This document shows positions 19,997 through 29,927 of a DNA stretch of 64,000 nt, one piece after another (the first letter of the stretch is position 1; each line of letters begins with the position of its first letter). The notes beneath the pieces are model-generated. The model was given only the letters and a program-made list of their open reading frames with translations, was not told the origin of the DNA and did no database searches. This DNA comes from an uncultured Spirochaetota bacterium. GTDB lineage: Bacteria > Spirochaetota > Spirochaetia > SZUA-6 > Fen-1364. The stretch is taken from positions 1 to 64,000 of the forward strand of contig CAWJSK010000006.1 of NCBI GenBank assembly GCA_963845535.1. The letters are read 5' to 3'. A program made the position numbers and the translations under genes.

Positions 19997-20025
19997 TTGA
20001 CAGCAAAAATGCCGGCTGCTATAGT
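19997..20025 (+). promoter_or_regulatory. Sigma70-type promoter for tRNA-Met
   Basis: TTGACA-N17-TATAGT, 21 nt upstream of the tRNA. Confidence 0.75.
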
Positions 20026-20046
20026 CCCGTTCGTCTTTGCAGTCAT

Positions 20047-20119
20047 AGCGGCGTAGCTCAGATGGTAGAGCATGCGGCTCATATCCGCAGTGTCAAGGGT
20101 TCAAGTCCCCTCGCCGCTA
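20047..20119 (+). tRNA. tRNA-Met (CAT), probably elongator; CCA not encoded
   Basis: Acceptor AGCGGCG/CGCCGCT, D-arm GCTC/GAGC, anticodon arm TGCGG-CTCATAT-CCGCA, T-loop TTCAAGT; paired 1:72 and no GGG/CCC initiator stem; Ile2 not excluded. Confidence 0.92.
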
Positions 20120-22389
20120 ATCAGGTTTTTCAACGTGAATGTCTTCCGGCAGGGGAAGCGGCGCGCGTATTTCCGCTGAGTCACGCCGCACCACCACCAC
20201 CAGATCGTGACCTCGGTAGGTCAGGGGAACCTGGACTTCTTCCCAGCCGGGCGGAAGCCGAGGGTCTATCCGAATCCCTCTCTGAGAAAACCTTATCCCA
20301 CAGAACCCCGAGACGACCATGCTCCACGCGGAGGCATTTGCCGCGGAATGCGTGCCATCGATGTACAGAGGGCCGACATAGCGCTTTGATGCGCCGCAGA
20401 GGTCGATCATGGCCGTCTCCATGAAGTAGTCGTACGCACGGCTTGTCTCACCGATCTCAGCGCCCACAATTCCGTACGCGCAGGCGCTGAGGCTCGAACC
20501 GTGCTCCGTCCGCGGCTCGTAGTAGCGCCAATTCGCCTCTTTCACATTGCGCGGAAAGTCAAGGAGGTACAAAGCAAGAACAACGTCAGCCTGCTTGATG
20601 ACCTGGGTCTGGGTCGCCAGGCCGTTGCCTCCGCCAAGGTACTCGTTTGGGTGAAGCTTGCGTTTCAGGAGGGCTTCCGTGGCAACGTCCTCCAGCGTGA
20701 AATACCCGTCGAACTGCTCGATGAGAAAGGAGCTCGGGTCAACGGGAGGGCAAGAAAGCTTCTCACGGCTCGCGCGGATTGCGGCAAGGTCCCCGGCAAA
20801 ATGCAGCCGATCCATGAGGGCTTGAAGCTCAGCGGGGTGATCTGCGCTCAGCATGTCATGGAGGCGGCAGCACACGTCGAAGGCGTGACCGACCATCGCA
20901 TTGGTGAAGGCATTGTTGTTCACGCGCTCGTGGTACTCATCCGGGCCGGTGACATCGAGCAGCTCGTAACGGTCCTTCTGCGGCTTGAAGTACAACAAGG
21001 ACAGATAGAACCGCGCGCATTCGAAGATCACGTCCGCGCCGCCGTCCAGCAAAATGGACTCATCCGAGGTCATCAGAAAATATTCCCACACGGCGTACGC
21101 AATGTCCGCGCTGATGTGGTATTGCTTGTCCCGGAAAAACGTCCGAACCGGCCTTCCGGTGAGGACGTCGGTCACGTTGAAAAGGGTGCATGCATCGTCT
21201 CCGGTCTCCTGGCTCTCCCAGGCGTAGAACGCGCCGCGATGGCCATATTCAGCGGCCTTTCTCCTGGCACCGTCCAGCGTCCGTATGCGGTAGCAAAGGA
21301 GGCTTCGCGCCACAGCCGGCATTGTCGAAAGGAAGAACGGCAGCATGAATATCTCGGTGTCCCAGAAAACGCCGCCCTTGTAGACCTGACTGGAAAGGCC
21401 GCGCGCCGGAATGGAGACCGTGTCGGAGTGTGTGGGTGCCACCGACATGATATGGTACGTGCTGAATCGCAAGGCCTGCTGTGCCTTGGCGTCTCCGCGT
21501 ATCAGCACGTCCGCTGCTTCCCATCGCTTTGCCCACAGCGCGGAGTGTGCGGCAAAAAGCGCATCGATTCCAACCTCGCCGGCGCGAAGACAATCGTCCC
21601 TGCCAGCCTCTGCCGGGTCTGCGGAATCAAGGCCGGTATGGACTGAGATGATCCTGTCGAGCACGAAGGGCAGATGAGCTTGCAACCTGACCACCGCCTC
21701 GCGAATGACGCACGTATCAGCTTTCAGAAACGTCCAGGCCGTCGTGGCGACCGTAAGCTCGGAAACCGCAACGGGAGTCCCTCTCTCCGAGCACCGCGCG
21801 GACAGCGTAAGGACTCCGTCGTTTTCGGCCCCTGTGAAGTCCAGAAGGTGCGGTCCGTTGAGATCCCACACATCCCCATCGATTGCCGCGCGGATTTGGA
21901 TCTCGCAATCACGCGCAGCCTCCACGACGAATCTCATGCACATGAGGTGCAGCGAGCAAAGGCTCACAAAACGGCTCGATCGAATCGACAGTGACTCTCC
22001 ATCCGGGAGGGCGAATACCGTCCTTCGAGCAACGGCGGCGTGACGCAAGTCCAGTACGTGCGTGTGAGCCTTCAGGAGGTGGGAATCAGCGCACAAAGGC
22101 GCTCCGCCATGCAGCACTTGGAGGAAACCGCCATTGGGAAGGTTGACGGGCTCCCTCCAGCGTGATCCGACTCCATCATACAGCCCGGATACGATGGTTG
22201 CGGTCTTTCGCTCCCGGGTGTACTCCTCCAGCGTTCCGCGGTAGCCAAGGTACCCATTGCCAAGGAGGAACGCATTCCCCAACCTCTCTGCTGTGGCCCG
22301 GTCCGGCGCCCGGCTTCAACGATGCGCCACTCCGACGGAAGATCAGGGGCGTCGGAAATAGAGTCAAGCAGGCTGCCAAAGTCGGTCAT
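20117..22389 (-). CDS. Glycoside hydrolase family 65 (kojibiose/trehalose phosphorylase-like); apparent frameshift near 22305
   Basis: LGNGYLGYRGTLEE, ARGLS..YKG.VFWDTE, GPDEYHE, VIKQADV, TEHGSSLS; N-terminus MTDFGS... lies in another frame (ATG 22389). Confidence 0.9.
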
Positions 22390-22409
22390 TCGAAACGCGC
22401 CGCCACGGA

Positions 22410-23300
22410 TCAGCCCTTCAATCCCGTCATCGTGATGCCCTGAGTGATGTACTTCTGGAAAAAGAGAAACAAAACCAGGGGCGGGACAATGCTGAGACAC
22501 ATCCCCGCAAGCTGAACGTTCATTGGCGGATTGCCGCCAATGGTGAATGTCCGGTACCACATCATGACCGCCATCGTCCACTTTCCCTGGGAAGGAAGGA
22601 TAAGCCTTTGCCAGAAGAAATTGTTCCACACCTCGAAGAAGGCAAAGATCGCGACCACCGCCACAATCGGCTTCGAGTTGGGGAGGATCACGCGCCAAAG
22701 CGTACGACCTTCCGAAGCGCCGTCGATTTTTGCCGCCTCGGAAAGCTCTTTGGGGATCTCATCGAAAAACCCTTTCATCAATAGCAACTGGAAGGAGCTC
22801 GCCCCGGCGGGGATCCACAACGCCCACCACGTGTCGTAAAGGCTGATCCCGAGGATTGGCAGCCGCTGAATGACGAGGTACTGGGGGACCAGGTAGGCGG
22901 CAGCGGGGAGCATGAGCGTTGCCAGGAAAACCATGTAGATGAATCCTCGCGCGGGAAGCGGAAGGCGTGACAGGGCATATGCTGCCAGGGTGATCACGAT
23001 GAGCCGTGACGCAAGGAATCCAAGGTAGACCGCCGTTGTGTTGAGCGCCATCCGGGGGATCTGGTATCTCTGCCAGGCCTCGGAGAAGCTGGCCCAATGC
23101 CAGGATGAAGGCAGAAGGCTCGGCGGGACTTTGAAGATCTCAGATGAATCCTTCAGCGCGGAGAAGAATACCCACAGGACCGGGTAGATCATGCTCACCG
23201 CCAGGAGGATGCCCGCGGCGTAGCAGACGAGATAGACCAACCGGTACCGGGGAACCCGGTACTCGCCATCGGAGAGGATTGTGCGCCCTCGTGCCGCCAC
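22410..23300 (-). CDS. Carbohydrate ABC transporter permease (MalG-type)
   Basis: EAA motif PKELSEAAKIDGAS, FQKYITQGITMTGLKG; GTG start 2 nt after the upstream stop. Confidence 0.93.
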   Translation of the reverse strand: MAARGRTILSDGEYRVPRYRLVYLVCYAAGILLAVSMIYPVLWVFFSALKDSSEIFKVPPSLLPSSWHWASFSEAWQRYQIPRMALNTTAVYLGFLASRLIVITLAAYALSRLPLPARGFIYMVFLATLMLPAAAYLVPQYLVIQRLPILGISLYDTWWALWIPAGASSFQLLLMKGFFDEIPKELSEAAKIDGASEGRTLWRVILPNSKPIVAVVAIFAFFEVWNNFFWQRLILPSQGKWTMAVMMWYRTFTIGGNPPMNVQLAGMCLSIVPPLVLFLFFQKYITQGITMTGLKG

Positions 23301-23302
23301 GA

Positions 23303-24181
23303 TCAGGCCGCCTTTCCCGCAGCCAGGCCGCTTCGCCGTACGTAGAACCAGGAAAAACACAGCAGCGCGACAAACAGAAGGGAGCCCAGGGCCCCTGCCT
23401 TCCCGAACTCAACATCCACGAAGGCGTAGTTATACGTGAGGAGCATCACGGTGAGGCTGGCGTCATTTGGCCCGCCGGCGGTCATGACGAAAGGCTCCTG
23501 GAGCACCTGGAACGTTGCGATGAGCTGAAGGATAAGAAGCAAAAGGATCATGGAAGAGATTGCGGGCAGGGTGACCGAGATGACGCGTCGGAAGAATCCC
23601 GCTCCTTCAAGCTCCGCCGCCTCGTACAGCTCAGGGTTCACGCTGCTCAAGCCCGCCATGTACAACACCGTGGTGCCCCCGAAGTTGGCCCACGTGGACA
23701 TGAGGGACAAAGCCAGCAGCACCTGGCGTGGAGAGAGAAGCCACGGCTGATGCGGCACGCCGAACACTCCGAGCACCTGATTGAGCAGGCCGACGTTCGG
23801 TTCGAACACCCATCGCCAGATGATGTAGAGGGCGATCCCGGGGATCATGTTGGGGACATAGACGGCCAGCCTGAAGAACCCGCGCCCCCGCCGCACCTCA
23901 GTCAGCGCAATTGCGCTGACAATGGGCACCGCAAAACCGATTGCCAGGCAGAGGCCCACGAACTCAAGGGTGTTGGCAACCGCCCGGGGGAGCTTCGGGT
24001 CATGGAGGACGGCGTTCAGGTTTTGAAGACCGACCCACTGCCTGTCGAACCCCGGCACGTAGCTTTGAAAAGCAAGGAAAAAGTTCTGGACAATCGGGTA
24101 CCAGAGGAATACGGCAAACACGAGGACCGCGGGAACAAGGAAGAGAAGGCCCGTCCGGTATTTCGACAATGAGCGCGGCAT
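23303..24181 (-). CDS. Carbohydrate ABC transporter permease (MalF-type)
   Basis: VGLQN, ELYEAAELEGAG, MTAGGPN; start uncertain. Confidence 0.93.
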   Translation of the reverse strand: MPRSLSKYRTGLLFLVPAVLVFAVFLWYPIVQNFFLAFQSYVPGFDRQWVGLQNLNAVLHDPKLPRAVANTLEFVGLCLAIGFAVPIVSAIALTEVRRGRGFFRLAVYVPNMIPGIALYIIWRWVFEPNVGLLNQVLGVFGVPHQPWLLSPRQVLLALSLMSTWANFGGTTVLYMAGLSSVNPELYEAAELEGAGFFRRVISVTLPAISSMILLLLILQLIATFQVLQEPFVMTAGGPNDASLTVMLLTYNYAFVDVEFGKAGALGSLLFVALLCFSWFYVRRSGLAAGKAA

Positions 24182-24245
24182 TCGTTGGCAACCTCGCATT
24201 GTTTGAAGTCTGCTCCCTGGCCTGCCTGGCGGGAGTCCCCGGGCG

Positions 24246-24269
24246 GCCTCCCCCGCTTGAGGGGGAGGC
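24246..24269. other. Intercistronic GC-rich hairpin between binding-protein and permease genes (possible mRNA stabiliser)
   Basis: GCCTCCCCC-GCTTGA-GGGGGAGGC perfect 9-bp stem. Confidence 0.55.
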
Positions 24270-24316
24270 ACGCAAAAGCTGATGCCCTCTTTGCTTAGCT
24301 CTCTGGCTGAGCCTTC

Positions 24317-25684
24317 TTACTTCACCTTCGCGTTCAGGGGATCAAGGATCTCGGTCTGGAACCTTCGCGCCGTATCTCTCATGAGGGCCGCGGGGTCCAC
24401 GCTCTGATCCGTGAACAGGGTCTGCACCACGTTCGCCAGGTACTTGCCGTACACGTCCTGTGCCGCCACGGGAGGCTCGGTGTGCGCCGTTCTGGGAAGC
24501 GCGGCAAGGAAAGCGGCGTCTCCCCAGGCAACAGCCGCGTCCGGGTTGCCTTCCAGCAGCGCGCGCTCCTTGACCACGTACGGGGACCCGGGGAGAAGGG
24601 GCGAGTACTGGAACTGAGCCCGGTATTGATGGTTTGCCCGCGAGTCCTCGATCTGAGACTTGACCAGGCCGAGGGCGGCATCATCCCACCGCTCGAAAGT
24701 GATCCATTTCCAGGCCGCGTCCTGAACGGCCTTCCCTTTGGCCAGACCGTTGATCACAAAGAACGTGCCGCCCAGGACACCCGCGTGCCGACCCTTGGGT
24801 CCGGGCCCCTTGGGCATCAGGGCGAGGCCGATGTTCTTCGGATCCATCTTGAAGTTGTTGACGATGATGTTCCGTCCCCAATCCGCGTCCAGAACCATTG
24901 CGGTCTGCTTCGAGCCGAAGACGTTGAATACGTCTCCCCAACCGTTGGACCAGTTGGCGGGGATGGCGTCGTACTTCCACTTCAAATCCTTGAAAAGCTT
25001 CGCCGCGGCAATTGCTTCCTCAGAGTCGAAGGCGGCGTACGCCTTTCCGTTCTCCATCCTCTCCACTTCGCCTCCGGCCTGGTAGATGAAGTCAGTGAAT
25101 CCCCAACCGCTTTCCGCTCCTTTGCCCATGGGTGCGAACCCGGCGACTCCCGACGCCTTGTCCGTGAGCTTGACGGCTGCTTTCACAAAATCGTCCCACG
25201 TCCAGTCCGCCGCGGGAGTGGGGACTCCCTTTGCCTGGAACATCTGCTTGTTGTAGAGCACGTGCTTGATGTAGTTCTGGTCCGGCACGCCGTAACGAAC
25301 GCCGCCCACCACGTACGGCAGGTATGCGTCCTTGTTGTACCAGTCCTTCTTGTCCCACGTACCGATGTAACTGTCCAGCGGAATGATCCACTTCTTCGAC
25401 ACGAGCATCTGGGCTTCCGTGGCCCACGGCTGGAAGACATCCGGGGCTTGTTGGGCGGCTTGCTTGACCAGGAAGTCTCCGGTGTTGTCGTAGTCGAAGT
25501 TGATGGCCTGGCAGACGATGCCGGGATTGGCCGCCTCGAATCGGGCGATCTTTTCCATCTCAGCCTGGATGCGGGACTTGTTTTCCGGCGTGTCCTTGGG
25601 GACGGGAACCTTGAGCGTCACCGGTGCCGCAAACACGCTTGCGGCCAGGAACGTTGCCAGCAGCGGGAGAAGAATCCTTTTCAT
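24317..25684 (-). CDS. Sugar ABC transporter extracellular solute-binding protein (family 1)
   Basis: Signal peptide, FEAANPGI, APDVF, LYNKQMF, WTWDDF. Confidence 0.92.
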   Translation of the reverse strand: MKRILLPLLATFLAASVFAAPVTLKVPVPKDTPENKSRIQAEMEKIARFEAANPGIVCQAINFDYDNTGDFLVKQAAQQAPDVFQPWATEAQMLVSKKWIIPLDSYIGTWDKKDWYNKDAYLPYVVGGVRYGVPDQNYIKHVLYNKQMFQAKGVPTPAADWTWDDFVKAAVKLTDKASGVAGFAPMGKGAESGWGFTDFIYQAGGEVERMENGKAYAAFDSEEAIAAAKLFKDLKWKYDAIPANWSNGWGDVFNVFGSKQTAMVLDADWGRNIIVNNFKMDPKNIGLALMPKGPGPKGRHAGVLGGTFFVINGLAKGKAVQDAAWKWITFERWDDAALGLVKSQIEDSRANHQYRAQFQYSPLLPGSPYVVKERALLEGNPDAAVAWGDAAFLAALPRTAHTEPPVAAQDVYGKYLANVVQTLFTDQSVDPAALMRDTARRFQTEILDPLNAKVK

Positions 25685-25781
25685 CTCTTCGAACCTCCTT
25701 CGGTTTCCTTACTCTGGCGGTCCGCCCGAGGGTCCCTGCCCCGCCGACGGTCCGTCCGCTGCGCCCCCACGGGGCGCATTA

Positions 25782-26861
25782 TCAAGTCATCTGAGCAGGC
25801 CTGTTGATGAACGCCTGGTGGCTGGTGGCGTAGTATTTCAGGTTCTCCTTCATCACGATCTCCAGCCGCGTGAACACTTCCCGGGTCGGCGGCATGATCC
25901 GATCAATCACGTAGTCCAGGAGTATTTTTACGGGATAGTAGCCCTGGTAGAAAGGCTCCTGGCAGACAACAGCGTCCACGGCGCCGTCCGCAATGAGGGC
26001 GCAGTGCTCGTCGTTCAGGTCATGTCCGACAAGGACCACGGATCCCTGGCGGCCGGCCCGCCTGACTGCCCGCGCGGCGGCGGAGAGAGACTGGTTGGCA
26101 ACGTAGATGCCAGCAATGTCAGGGTTGGCTGCAAGGAGGTCCGATATCTGCGCTTCGTCATCCGAAGGGGATTCCGTGAGCTTGATGGGGCCAACGATCT
26201 CCAGGAAAGGCTCGTGGGCTACCACCGTGCGGAATCCGACAATGCGCTGCTCGAGGATCGAAATGCTCTGCTTCTTCGTGACGATTGCCACCTTGCCGGG
26301 CCTGCGGCCCGTCAACTTGGCAACAAGCTCTCCGCAGAGTTTCCCTGACTCGATGTAGTTGCAGCCGATATAGAAAAGGCGCTTGCTCGTGGGCACGTCG
26401 ACGTTGAAAGTGGCTACGGGGATTCCGGCGTCCGCAAGCTCGTCGATCAGGCTTTCGAAATACTGGGGCTCGTACACAGAAAGGGCAAGGGCGTCACAGG
26501 AAGAGGCAAGCTCTCGAATCTGGGAAATCTGGGCCTCGTATGACTCGGATTCGCCCTTGATAATGGTAGACAGTCCCAGGCTCGTAAGCTCGGTGAACGC
26601 CTGTTCGCAACCTTCCAGGATCTGCCTGGCAAACCAGTCCGGAAGGTAGTAGGAAATGCCTATTGTGCATTTCGTACGCTTCGAAAGGTGGCGTGCAGCT
26701 CGATTCGGCGCGTATCCCATCTCCCTGGCTGCGGCGCGCACCTTGTCCGCTGTCTTCGGGGACACACCCGAAAGGCCGTTCAACGCACGATAAACGGAGA
26801 GAAGCGAAACGCCAAGATTGTCGGCGACGTTCTGCGCTGTGACTGCCTTGCGATGCACCAA
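25782..26861 (-). CDS. LacI-family transcriptional regulator
   Basis: HTH TAQNVADNLGVSLLSVYRALNG, MGYAPNRAAR, sugar-binding domain. Confidence 0.92.
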   Translation of the reverse strand: MVHRKAVTAQNVADNLGVSLLSVYRALNGLSGVSPKTADKVRAAAREMGYAPNRAARHLSKRTKCTIGISYYLPDWFARQILEGCEQAFTELTSLGLSTIIKGESESYEAQISQIRELASSCDALALSVYEPQYFESLIDELADAGIPVATFNVDVPTSKRLFYIGCNYIESGKLCGELVAKLTGRRPGKVAIVTKKQSISILEQRIVGFRTVVAHEPFLEIVGPIKLTESPSDDEAQISDLLAANPDIAGIYVANQSLSAAARAVRRAGRQGSVVLVGHDLNDEHCALIADGAVDAVVCQEPFYQGYYPVKILLDYVIDRIMPPTREVFTRLEIVMKENLKYYATSHQAFINRPAQMT

Positions 26862-26872
26862 TTCCCCCTTGA

Positions 26873-26910
26873 AGATATACGTCTATCTCTTTTACGATAT
26901 ACGTATATCT
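26873..26910. promoter_or_regulatory. Tandem palindromic operators, probably for the adjacent LacI regulator
   Basis: AGATATACGTCTATCT (26873-26888) and CGATATACGTATATCT (26895-26910); CG-centred, 22 bp apart. Confidence 0.7.
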
Positions 26911-27041
26911 TTTTACTCCTCTTTTCTGGAGCTGTCAAGGATTTTCTTTTTATTTCGACCCGCCTGGCTCCTGCCCGGAGTCGGTGCTATACTTTGCACA
27001 AAGGGATCCACAAAGGCATGCGGTCACGGGCGTGGAAAAGA

Positions 27042-27464
27042 ATGCGAGCCCTCTCGTTGCTCGCTGCATCTTTCGTTCTTGTGCTTGTCCTGGACGCTTG
27101 CCATCTGTTGGGAACCGACGTCATGGATCGGGTCAACTCGTTCGCAAGCGGCCTGAACAATCCCGACAGGTCCAGCATCAACGCGAACTTTGACCAGACT
27201 CTGACGCAGGACCTGCCCACAATGACCGCGACGTGGTGGACAGCCAACTTCCCCGTCCCGCCGGACGCGGACCATCAATACTCCGTTGCCCTCCTCGATT
27301 ATTCGAACCCGTCGAATGTGGTTGCCACGATTTCGGGGCCGCCGGCTTTCAACTCCTTCTCGGGGATGCCCGTGAGCGCCGTCTTCGTGATGAGCGCCGA
27401 GGGGCCTGACTGGTTCATCGAGAAGCTCTCTCTGGGCGGCAGCAGTACTCCAATCATTCAATAG
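27042..27464 (+). CDS. Hypothetical lipoprotein
   Basis: MRALSLLAASFVLVLVLDAC lipobox-like signal; 140 aa. Confidence 0.65.
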   Translation: MRALSLLAASFVLVLVLDACHLLGTDVMDRVNSFASGLNNPDRSSINANFDQTLTQDLPTMTATWWTANFPVPPDADHQYSVALLDYSNPSNVVATISGPPAFNSFSGMPVSAVFVMSAEGPDWFIEKLSLGGSSTPIIQ

Positions 27465-27558
27465 CGCCGCCAATGGCGCGCGGAAGCAGCGCAGCGGGCG
27501 CAAGGGCCGCGGAAGCAGCGCAGCGGAAGTCAACGCCCTCTCTTTGCAGCGGGTGATT

Positions 27559-28257
27559 TCAGGGGTCCAGCGAGGTGAGACCTTCCCGGAGCGCGTACTT
27601 GGTGAGCCCTGCAACGCTCCTGATTTTCAGCTTGCCCATGATATGCAGCCTGTGGCTTTCCACCGTTTTTGCGGTGACGCCCAGCTCCCGGGCAATCTCA
27701 CTGCCGGACCTTCCATTGCTGATCATGGTAAGAACTTCCCGTTCACGCGCGGAAAGGATTGGAGCGAGCCCAGGCGCAGTTGAGCCTGCCCTCACCTGCG
27801 CAACGTAGTCTTTCACGATGACGCTCGTGATTGAGCCGCAGAGGTAGATGTCTCCCTTCATCACGGTCTCGATGGCGCGGGAAAGCTCCTCGAAAGCGCT
27901 CGTCTTCAGGACATACCCTGCAACTCCGGCCTCGAACATCCGCGAGATGTAGGATTTGTTGTCATACATCGACAGCGCAAGCACTTTCACCCCGGCATTC
28001 TCCTGGATGACCTGTCGCGCCGCTTCGATCCCATTCATGCCTGGCATGAGGACGTCCATGATGACAAGGTCCGGCTCGGTCTGCCGGGCAAGCGCGGCGG
28101 CAGCCTCTCCGCTGTCCACTTCTCCAACCACTTCGATGTTCGGATCACGCCTGAGGAGGCTTTTGATCCCTTCCCGCACAAGGGCATGATCCTCTGCAAG
28201 GAGCACGCGAAGCTTCGGTGAGCCGGGCGCAGCATTTGCAAGACTGTGCGCGCTCAT
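27559..28257 (-). CDS. NarL/LuxR-family response regulator
   Basis: VLLAEDHALVREG, MDVLMPGMNG, GYVLK, HTH LSAREREVL...KTVESHR. Confidence 0.94.
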   Translation of the reverse strand: MSAHSLANAAPGSPKLRVLLAEDHALVREGIKSLLRRDPNIEVVGEVDSGEAAAALARQTEPDLVIMDVLMPGMNGIEAARQVIQENAGVKVLALSMYDNKSYISRMFEAGVAGYVLKTSAFEELSRAIETVMKGDIYLCGSITSVIVKDYVAQVRAGSTAPGLAPILSAREREVLTMISNGRSGSEIARELGVTAKTVESHRLHIMGKLKIRSVAGLTKYALREGLTSLDP

Positions 28258-28316
28258 AAGACAACAGTATGCGGGCAGATTTGGGAATGCAACACAATTC
28301 GCGCCGAGACGCGTCC

Positions 28317-29408
28317 TCAGCCCTGTGCCAGGCCGCGCCGCTTGAGCAGTTGCTCTTTCATTTCTCTGAGCGTGAGCAGGAGCTTCTGCTTCTCGTCCCA
28401 GACCTTGAGCCGTACCGAGAGAAGGCTCGGCCACAAGCGCAGCGGATCCGGCAGCTGCAGCTCGGGAGTCTCATTCAGGCACTGCTGCAGGTTGTAGTTC
28501 GGTATGCGCGGCCTGAGATGATGGATGTGATGAAAGCCGATGTTGCCGGAGATCCACTGAAGAGCCCGGGGAAGCTTGTAATACGATGAGCCCCTCATTG
28601 CCGCCGACATGGACTCCCATTCCTCGGTGCGCGCCCAGTACGAGGGATCAAACTGATGCTGGATGTAGAAGAGCCACACGCCGCCAGCGCCGCCAAACAG
28701 GAGGATCGGCAACTGGATCAGCGCGTAGTCCTTGATCCCGATTGTGAGCCCTGCCGCGGTTACGATCCCCGCTATCGCGACATTCGTGAGCATGACGCTC
28801 AAGAACTGAGAGCGGTTCGACCCATGCGTGGGCCAACGGTGCACGACCAGGAAAGAAAAGAAAGGACCGAACCCGAACATGACGAAAGGATTGCGAAAGA
28901 TCCTGTACCACAACCGACGGGAGGGCGAGGCGGCCGCGTACTCATCCATCGTCATGGTCCAGACGTCTCCCACCCCTCGCCGGTCCAGGTTGCCGGAGCT
29001 CGAATGATGGATGCCATGTGATCGACGCCAATCCGCAAAGGCCGTAAAAGTCAGGACTCCGAGGGAATTGCCGATGATCTGTTGCCCCAGCGGGGAAGCA
29101 ACGTATGATCCATGGCCGCAGTCATGAAAGATAATGAACATCCGCATGAGGAATGCCCCGGCTGGAATGGCAAGAATCAGGGTGACCACATACGGCAGGT
29201 GCCATGACATGGTCAGATACATGAGCGCGAACAACGCAAGATAGGGGGGCACGGTGTCCAGGAGCTGTACAGCCACCTTGCGGACGTTCGGTTTTTCGAA
29301 CTTCCTCATTCCCAGGACCCAAGCAGGTTTTTCCTCAACCCGCCGGGGGACAGGATCAGAAGGGCGTGCCGGCGCGATTCGAGAGGCTCCCTGGTCTTCA
29401 TCGAACAT
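28317..29408 (-). CDS. Membrane fatty-acid desaturase (Bacillus Des-like)
   Basis: Three His boxes HDCGH, HGIHH, HHIHH; QHQF; RBS GGAGG upstream. Confidence 0.92.
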   Translation of the reverse strand: MFDEDQGASRIAPARPSDPVPRRVEEKPAWVLGMRKFEKPNVRKVAVQLLDTVPPYLALFALMYLTMSWHLPYVVTLILAIPAGAFLMRMFIIFHDCGHGSYVASPLGQQIIGNSLGVLTFTAFADWRRSHGIHHSSSGNLDRRGVGDVWTMTMDEYAAASPSRRLWYRIFRNPFVMFGFGPFFSFLVVHRWPTHGSNRSQFLSVMLTNVAIAGIVTAAGLTIGIKDYALIQLPILLFGGAGGVWLFYIQHQFDPSYWARTEEWESMSAAMRGSSYYKLPRALQWISGNIGFHHIHHLRPRIPNYNLQQCLNETPELQLPDPLRLWPSLLSVRLKVWDEKQKLLLTLREMKEQLLKRRGLAQG

Positions 29409-29653
29409 AACAACCTCCTACGGAGCGCTCCAAGACGCTTCGACGTATTGAATATACGTATTAAACTGATGGAATATACGCAAAAACGTATTGTTTTATC
29501 GGTGAAATACTTACAGCAGCGCTGGGCCCGCGCGCAAACAGAAACGGCAGGTTCGCGGCCGCCGTTTCTGCTTTCGGGGATACTTGGGTGGGAGATGCCT
29601 GCCGGATTCAAGGACTGGCGAAGATGCACCGACCATAGAAGCGAGAAGCGATT

Positions 29654-29839
29654 ATGGCGTATCGAGTGAGCGTCGTTATCGAGAGAGACCAACACGGATA
29701 CTACGCTTTCTCCCCTGAGATCGAAGGTTGCCAAACGCAGGGAGGCTCCTTGGAAGAGGTGGTCGGACAGGTAGTAAAGACCATCGAGCATTACTTGGAG
29801 CCCAATGCAAAGGACCCATCCCTCAGGCTCCCGGCGTAG
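29654..29839 (+). CDS. hicB: Short HicB-family antitoxin
   Basis: VVIERDQHGYYAFSPEIEGCQTQGGSLEEV. Confidence 0.75.
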   Translation: MAYRVSVVIERDQHGYYAFSPEIEGCQTQGGSLEEVVGQVVKTIEHYLEPNAKDPSLRLPA

Positions 29840-29891
29840 CCCGAAGTCGAAGGATTTCATCCGAGCCCGCAGTTGTCTGACGATTTATCTC

Positions 29892-29921
29892 TTGACCTCA
29901 AGTACTTGAGGTTTTCATATT
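29892..29921 (+). promoter_or_regulatory. MerR-type promoter/operator
   Basis: TTGACC -35 overlapping the perfect 18-bp palindrome ACCTCAAGTACTTGAGGT (29895-29912), followed by CATATT. Confidence 0.7.
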
Positions 29922-29927
29922 TCGAGT

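Noticed and set aside
20047..20119. Initiator tRNA-fMet
   Set aside because: Position 1:72 is paired and the anticodon stem lacks three consecutive G-C pairs.
27479..27526. Possible mini-CRISPR
   Set aside because: Only two 19-bp copies with a 10-bp gap and no cas genes.
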